Below are positions 56,301 through 64,000 of a stretch of 64,000 bases of DNA, one piece after another. The translations under genes were made by a program, and so were the position numbers. The notes beneath the pieces were generated by a model. That model saw only the letters and a program-made list of their open reading frames with translations, searched no databases and was not told the DNA's origin. This DNA is from Lama glama. Taxonomy: Eukaryota. Where the stretch lies: positions 54,252,001 through 54,316,000 of the forward strand of contig CM052817.1 of the NCBI GenBank assembly GCA_028534125.1, in the 5' to 3' direction. Positions within the stretch are counted from its first letter, which is position 1. The number at the start of each line of letters is the position of its first letter.

Positions 56301-57589
56301 AGAGAAGGAAAATGAGTTTTTGGTTAATACTTGCAGCTGCTAAGATATTAAGTGGTGTTCTACAGTTCTATGCACTTAAGAAAGTATTTTGGTGCAAAGC
56401 TTGAGGAGTTCCAGGAATTGCTTTTACTGCTGAATCAAAAGCAACTTTAGGTTTGCTGCTATAAAGCATGCCCTCAAAACTTCTGTTGATTCGAAAACTG
56501 AGGTCCTGACATGCAACAGGACCACTGTGAACTACGCCTGGACCGCATGAAAACATACAGCAGGAATGGCACCAAGGATGCATTTCCCTTGCTTCCAGTA
56601 TGTGGAGGATGTAATTCTTTTTGAGACAGTTTAGCTCAAATGATCTTGAATATGAAGTGGCCTGTGTTTGCTGAGAGTCTCCTCTACACTTTTTCCATTT
56701 CCCAAAGTATTGGTCTCTTCAGCAGTCTCTGTAGAGCTAGAGAAAAGTAGATTTTGCATTTTACAAAAATCACTTAAACTTCTGAGTGCAGACTGTATTG
56801 AAGTTGGATTTTTTTTGGCATTGTGATCTCCAAAGTCAAATAGTCAAGTAAAGTCAACAGTAAAAATTTACCTTTTGTCTCCTTCCCTGTTTAGAGCAAC
56901 CAACTTCAGTTAGGAGGACACCTACGCAATGGTATCCGCATGATCATCATAATGTCATAACCATTGCCTTACGGCTTGGGTATAATGATATTAGCCTATA
57001 ATGCCCATCTCATCTTCCATTCTCTTGACCAGACAAGCATTTTGTGTTGCTGTCATTTAGAGAATCTCCTACTGCTTAATGTTCCCTCTAGAAATTCAAT
57101 CTAAGGCTAACGTAAGGTTTGTCATAATTGCTAGAACAGTTTTAAGGACATGAGTGCAGAATTATTGTTTATTACATCTATTATAATACTGTGCAAAACA
57201 CAGCTGTTCAAAATTTGATGATGCCATTAAAGTATGGTTACTACTGGAAAAAGTACTGCAAGTCACATTACAGTAACTATTATTATTTCCAAATTTTGGT
57301 GATCTCTCAAACGCCCTGTCCTCATCTCTAACTCCAACCTGTGTGTACATATGGTGACCCACGTTTAGAATGTCTTTCTTTGAGTATCCATCCATGTTAA
57401 TGGCTTCATTTATTTGTTCATTCATTTATCCTACAAACTAAATTCATGTATCATCCACCATATGACAAACCTGTAGAAGGCAGAATATATCATTTATTGA
57501 ATGGTTTGACCACTCCCCCAATCATTTATCACAAATTATATACATAAATATAATATCTAAAAATAAAATAATAACAGTGAAAAAAAACA

Positions 57590-57805
57590 AAGTGCTCTGG
57601 AAACAGGCTGCTTGATTACAAATTTTAACTCTGACACTAACTGTGCAAGCTTCAATTACTTAAATTGTTTGTGCTTCAACTTGTTCATCTATAAAATTGG
57701 GATTATGAACTATCTTAAAGTACTACTGAGATTTTAGAAAGTAAACCCCATGAAAAACCTAGAGCTATCTTTAGCACATAACAGGCACAACATTTTTAGC
57801 TACTA
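57590..57805 (+). mobile_element. MIR SINE
   Basis: actaactgtg...ttacttaa...gtgcttcaacttgttcatctataaaattggg. Confidence 0.75.
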
Positions 57806-58691
57806 AGGTCTAAATACATTTAATGGTTTTTATACATAAGCTTTTTAAAATCTTAACTTATAAAGTAAATAACATTATCACTGTTCAACAGAGGAGGCAT
57901 CTACAGCATAGAGAATGTAAACAACATGAACAAGTTACTAAAGGGCAGAGTTATAAGACAATATATATCTACAATATGCAAAAAGTAAAGAAGGAAATGA
58001 CATGCTAATATTATGCTGGACATCATAACCTGTGCTCACAATTCTAGCCATTCAAGAAATAAGCGAGTATCACTACAAGAAGAAAACTTACCAGACTAAA
58101 AACAAAGGGCAAAATTTTTCCAAACATTGAAAAAAAAATCTTACATAGCCAAATATTACTAGCTTTTGATTTGACTTTGATTTTTTTTAATTGAAACCCT
58201 TGTCTCAGGAATCCTGACAAAATATCAATGCATTCTTTCTTAATAAATAAAAAAGAACACTTAGTAATCACTTCTGATGATATTTTGTACTACACCATCA
58301 TAAAGTACTTAAATGAAACTTTTATCTTCAAGTCTTTTGGAGTAAGACTATACCATATAACATTTAGATATAAAAATGCATGGCATTTTAGGTAAAATTA
58401 TGCACTTTTTTTCTTATCAAGCTTATATTAATCCTTTAAGTAATTCATTAATTTAGTTTACTAGTTATATTAATACTAATAACTTTTTCCTATAGTCTTA
58501 GAAAGAATAATTACAATAATTTGAATATAGTAATTGTTTCAACAACTGAAATGAGAAATTGCCCTCACAGGAGTAGGAAGCTAGAACATCCCTAAGAGTT
58601 CCACTAGGCTTACATGATGATTATCACAATAATCTCCTCTAAGACTAATGTTAGTTAGGACAAATGCTACTCATACCAACAAACTGCTTAC

Positions 58692-58737
58692 CTAGAGAAG
58701 CGGCCATGCTAATCTCACAGGCTTTCAATATAAAGTT
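58692..58737 (-). other. BAZ2B: 46-nt internal exon of a minus-strand gene; tentatively the BAZ2B 5'UTR exon 2 orthologue
   Basis: Minus strand reads ATATTTCCTTCAG|AACTTTATATTGAAAGCCTGTGAGATTAGCATGGCCGCTTCTCTAG|GTAAGC: canonical acceptor and donor in repeat-free sequence. The gene name is recalled, not verified: BAZ2B has a ~43-nt non-coding exon 2 followed by a very long intron before the ATG exon, consistent with no recognisable coding exon over the 58 kb downstream. Confidence 0.45.
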
Positions 58738-59369
58738 CTGAAGGAAATATTTTAAATTCCTCAAGCTAGACATTTGTATCTACTATACAGAATTCAAACT
58801 CGGGGAAAAGGTAGTTAAGTCCTAGTCATGACACACTGGTGTCAGTCTATTACGCTCTGAATTACAATATGGGAGGATGAGAATGTCATTGGTAAATGGC
58901 TATACAAAGCTTTGAAAAACAGACATTAACAAAAGACACTGGGATTTATTATAGTAGAAGTACATAGGAAGCAATCATTTTTTCTTACATACATATATGT
59001 AAGAAATATATATATAAAATAGCATTTCAAAATATATCCTTGTAGCATAAAAGAAACTGCATCCGTCCCCAGAGAACTTCTGTACTTCAGCTCACACAGT
59101 TAATTTTATAACTCCTTTAACTGTTTCTGTATATTTGTCTTCAATTTTATGACTGAATATGTATGTTTTATACTGTATGCATATTTCTATGCATACATAG
59201 AAAACACTAAGCTCTGTAGTATTTTTAATAACATTTATAACATTTTTGCTAATTTTAATTTATAGAAATCAATCATAGTTTTCTGTATCTCCTGTTCTCT
59301 TTCTGCCAATTTATACTGTTTATTGCTTCCAGAGTACTTGTCCTAAAATACAAGTAAATCCATAATAAA

Positions 59370-59565
59370 AACAGCTAACTTTATTATATGCTAGGCCCTG
59401 TTCTAGGCCCTTATGCATGCAGCCACTCATCTTCCCAACGTCATGAGGACAGCTATCACTACTGTCATGATTTTAAGAGACACAGAAATTTATTAGGAAT
59501 TGGCAAGATCTGGGCTAGAAATCAAGGCCGTTTAACCCCAAAGCCCATACTCTCTTAACCATTTC
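59370..59565 (-). mobile_element. MIR SINE
   Basis: tatatgctaggccctgttctagg...ccccaaagcccatactctcttaacca. Confidence 0.65.
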
Positions 59566-60962
59566 ATTTTGCTCTCTATGTACCCTGGCTGGCTTAATGC
59601 TGTTTACATTCCAAGGCTCAAATCAAAAGCAGATATTTCAATAAAGCTTTTGACAATCAGGCCATCAAGTCAAAACGAACCTTCCCTCTCTCTTCTCATC
59701 ACATGTGGCTATTCTTCTCTGATCCCTGACACTTATTAATATTCACTAAATGCTAGGCACTGTTCACCTCACAAATGATACAGGTAACATAATTCTCCCC
59801 AATTTGTAAATGTAAGAAATGAAGGCCAAAGCATTTAAAAAGTCACAGGAAGTCATAGGATTGGTAAAAACTCAACCCAAGCAGCTGTGTTCCCCATATC
59901 ATGCAGGGCTCACGGCATTCTACTGTCTACTGGGAAGAGTAGAACAGGATAAGGAGCAGAGGGCTTACATCTGGGCCTCCTGCCTATCAGATTCATGGCC
60001 TTCGGTGGGTTGCGGTCCCTCCTACTCTCTCTGTCTTCCCTGGTATGAATATTAATATAAAAATAGTGTCTACTTCACAGTATTGTTGGGAGAACTAAAG
60101 GAAATAACACCGACACATGCTCACTGGTGATATTGATACATACATTTTAGTTGCTATTATTATAATCGCTATTTACGTGACATTGCCAACCACCAGGGGA
60201 AGAGCTATTTGAAAGTTCACTACATATGCAAAAATATTTCATCTCTAGTTTTGAGCATACAACAAAAAGATGCTCATTAAATGTCTGAAGGATTTTAGCC
60301 TCCGGTATTTTTTACGGTAAGAGAGAAACGTCCACTGAAGGATGTTGTGTCCAAGAGCTATTTTTACTCACCTAAAACCCAGATCCCTCTTAGAGTTTAT
60401 AGATCCTTTTCAGGAAAAAGCCTTTCTTTTAAAAAAATATTATCATGGAAAGAAAATTTTATTAGTAACATATGCTCATATTTAACAACTCTATCTGACA
60501 GGAAATTTTTATTGCTTGGGCCAAACACCGCTTCTTAATTTTCTTTGTTCTGTTTTTGCTAGCTGTTGAAACTCTTTGGTCAGTACCCTTTGTCATATAC
60601 ATAAAGCCTGCCATTTCTCTTCTTCAGGCTAACTAATCTCAAATTCTTTAGAAATTTTACATATATCATCTTTTATAATGATTTTGGTCATTTTTTAGGA
60701 TTTCGACACCTAATAAATTGTCCCTTTTACATTGGATTGAATATCATAAACTGTATTCATATTTCTTAGAAATATTTACAATCTTTAAAATTACAATATG
60801 AAACTGTCTAGGTTCCAAGCAATATCAGTTAAAAAGCCAATACTGCAGATAAAGACTAATCCATGCCATACATAATACTATGTATTAGGTATAGTAACGA
60901 AAACAAGAACATGATAATAAGAATATATACTCTAAATTGAACATGTACTAAGTGTTTTAAAG

Positions 60963-62370
60963 TTCATTCTTTCAAAAAATATTTAATGAATTCTGCACAT
61001 GTACTGAGCTTGTCCTACGTTCTAGGCATCTTTTCTAGGTAGTGAGAATATAGTAATGAATAAAACCAATATTCCTAACTCCATGAAACAAAAACAAAAC
61101 ATAAGTAAAGTACAGGGTATGTTTCACAGTGTGCTGTGATTTAAAAAAAAGTTGGGGGTTGGAGGGGTTAAAGATTTCACATTTTTAGACAGTATGATGA
61201 AAGAATCCTTCACTGAGAAGATGACATCTGAGTACAAGACCTGAAGGAACCAAAGCAGCAAGCTACGTGGGTATCTATAGCAAGAGCATTCTAGGCAGAG
61301 GGAACAAGTACAAAGGCCCTCAGGCAAGAGCTAAAAAGGACATTTAAATCCCAGCAGGAAGGCTAAAAGGCTGCAGCAGCCTGACTGAGGGCAGAATGGC
61401 AGGAGGGACCAGACAGCTGAGTGGCGGGGAGACCTCCACACTAATTCTGGTGGGACTGTGTAGGCTATTACCCATACTCTGGCTTGTACCCAGTGAGGTA
61501 GAATACCGCTCTAAGAGTCTGAGCAGAGGAGGAAAATGATATGACTTATATTTTTAAAAGATGACTCTGGATGTTGTGTTGAGACCAGGTTATAGGGAGC
61601 CACGTGGATGAGTTAGAAAAATGACAATAATCCAAGTGAGTGAGGAGGTTGACTTGGTTACAAGGTGGTGGCAGTGAAATCAGTGAGAAGTGGGAGGATT
61701 CTCAATGTAAATAAGGCAGAACCAATAGGATCTGGCTGTGAATTGCCTATGAAGTATGACAGACAGAGAAGTCAGTGTTTTTTACTTTTGCAACTGAAAG
61801 TAAAGTGTCACCATTTTTGAGACTGTAAAAGTCTTCAGAAAAATTCATTTTAGGTGTGAAGAAAGAAAGAAAGTTTAGTTTGGGATATATTAAACTGGAG
61901 ATATATAATAAAAATCTTAGTGGAGATATTTGAGAAAGTAGCCACATATCTGAGCCTAGAGCTGGTGTAAATGTTTGAGCTAGAGATAAAATTCAAGAGT
62001 AATCAGGATTTAGATAACATTGAATGCTAAACTAAAAGATCACCAAGGGAGTCAATGTAAACAGAAGACAGACAAGAAGCAAAGACTGAGGATCTCCAAG
62101 ATTTATACACTGTGGAGGATGAAAAGAAACCACTGAAGAAAACTGAGGGAGATGGCAGAAAAATACAAGGGGAACTAGGAAAATGGGATGACCTGGAAGA
62201 TAGCTGAAAAAAGTGTTTCAAGGAGGAGAGATGAACTGCATCAAAGATCAAGTAAGATGAGAATTTAGAATTTATCTCTCAATTTAACAACATGAATATT
62301 GAAACAGAGTTCTGGCAGAATGGTAAGGATTAGAGCCACATGGAAATGGGCTTAAAAGAGGATGAAGCAG
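60963..62370 (-). mobile_element. L2a LINE, ~1.4 kb 3' portion
   Basis: Inverted 3' end ttcattctttcaaaaaatatttaatga, then cactgagaagatgacatctgag...aagacctgaagga...gcattctaggcagagggaacaagtacaaaggccct and further L2 body. Confidence 0.9.
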
Positions 62371-64000
62371 GACAATTCTACTAGTCCTTTTCATGACCGC
62401 AACGACTTATAATGCCCTGTGAGAATGCTGAAGCTAATTGTCCGTAATCGGTCATTCTGGTTCTAAAGTCTGTACCTTAACCACTGGGCCATATTCTTCT
62501 TTAAACCTTGAAGTTTCCTTCACATATCATTTGTAAGTAACTGCTTCTGATTTATTTTAATTTTTGTCATAGAAATGTTCCATTTCGCACATATTAAGTA
62601 TCATTTCTTTGGGTTCTTCATTCATTTTTGCTTTTCCCCAAACAGATCGGTGTTTTTTGATTTTAAACAACTTTCACATTTACCTGAAAACTGTTATAAC
62701 TGTGCATATTCACCAAGAGGCTCCCCGGGTATTAATGTTACATTGCTACGAAAAATGTGGGTCTTGATGCTTAAATGAAACCATTCTCAATAGGAAAAGT
62801 GTAAAACGGTCTTAAGAATTATAATACAATGTGAACAAAATAAAGCAGGAAACCAAGGTAGATAAAATACGTAGTTATTAAAATTGTTTCAAAAGTAGCT
62901 ATAAAAAGGATAAAATAAATTGAATATTTTAAAAATTGGTGACCTCGTAAATCAAAATTTCTCATTTTCCTCTTTTCTTATTTGCTTCTTAACAGAAATG
63001 CATTAATATGATAACAGAAAGAAAGCAACAGGTCTACTATTATCATTCAGTTTAACTCAAAAAATTCTACTGCTTTAATTCTAATTATACCAAAAGTCAT
63101 GCCCTTAAAAAAGCTTTCTTATTTCATACTACTGTTTTAATTAACCTCATATACAAAGAGAAATATATACTAACCTTTAATAAGCAGTTAATTTAGTATA
63201 CTCATATTGTAAAATCAGAAAACGTAATTATTTGATAAAAGGCAGCTATGGGTCATTACTTTCCCCAGAGCAACATGATAAAATAAACTTTAAAATTTCC
63301 TAATGCCAGTGGGTAACGAACTGAATATGTGATGACAATGTTTATAATCAATGCCACTTTAATTGACTGATTAAATCACTTTGCACATATAATCTAACAT
63401 TTTATCGAAAAAATACATATAAACTACTATATTTTGTCAAAAGTGTAATAGCAAGTTGCCAAATACCAATGAGTAAGTTCAGATTCAGTTTAAAGTGTTA
63501 AGGGAGGAAAAAGTTCTCACCAATTGCTTCAAACAGAAAAATACAGAACTTTTCAGGGCAAGCCTTTGCAGTCATGGTACTTTAATTGGTTGTTTTTTCA
63601 CGCTTATCTTTTTCTTTCTTAACGATTAATGATAAAATGCATTTGCAAGCCATTTTATTTACGAAGAGAAACTGCAAGGAAAATTTAAATGTTTGTTTTT
63701 AATTTAAACTGAAACTAAGCAAAGAAAATTAAGAAGCAAAAATTGAAGAAGCTATTTAATGCAGTGACCTTGTCAAATATCACATGGAATGAATTGTGTT
63801 TGCTTCACTAGAGTATTACAAATGCTTGCAAAATGGAATAAAAACTATGATTAGAATTATGGAAATGAAAAAAGCTACTGTATATGGTCATTAGTTACAT
63901 AACTGAATTTTTTTCCTCTTTGAAGAAAAATAATCTTGGATTCTTCCTCTTACTGTGTAGAATCATTTTTACTGTATTAACAGAAACAATGTACCATTTC

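Larger units (their letters stand above)
1..58691 (-). other. Long intron of a minus-strand gene (inferred)
   Basis: A-rich + strand, old L1 remnants oriented + (antisense bias inside genes), a donor at 58691, and no recognisable coding exons. Confidence 0.55.

Noticed and set aside
2211..62778. The 60-118 aa ORFs in the supplied track
   Set aside because: All are short and compositionally biased. The recognisable ones (14248, 17981, 42434) are decayed L1 ORF2, and the rest overlap repeats or resemble no protein I know.
1..64000. CRISPR arrays, tRNA, rRNA, processed pseudogenes, CpG island
   Set aside because: I saw no repeat-spacer arrays, cloverleaf or rRNA motifs, retrocopy ORFs or CpG-dense region.

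Overview
AT-rich, CpG-poor mammalian genomic DNA. I see no intact protein-coding ORF, RNA gene, CpG island or CRISPR/prokaryotic-type system. The window is dominated by old eutherian repeats (L2, MIR, L1M, MLT1, hAT and Tigger MITEs) and lacks Alu, B1/B2 and Bov-tA SINEs. An ERV1-type solo LTR and a Tigger2a-like MITE point to a cetartiodactyl, and a short young L1 3' end suggests a camelid; this rests on recalled consensus sequences. The + strand is A-rich and the old L1s lie on +, which fits a long intron of a minus-strand gene. The best exon candidate is a 46-nt minus-strand exon (58692-58737) with strong splice sites. I tentatively match it from memory to the short 5'UTR exon 2 of BAZ2B, which would make most of the window BAZ2B intron 2; this is unverified. 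Repeat-free islands hold further candidate minus-strand cassette exons, a possible recursive splice site, RFX X-boxes and an octamer/NBRE/MEIS motif cluster. I found no convincing novel biological system; the findings are testable splicing and regulatory hypotheses. Repeat family names and many repeat boundaries are approximate.
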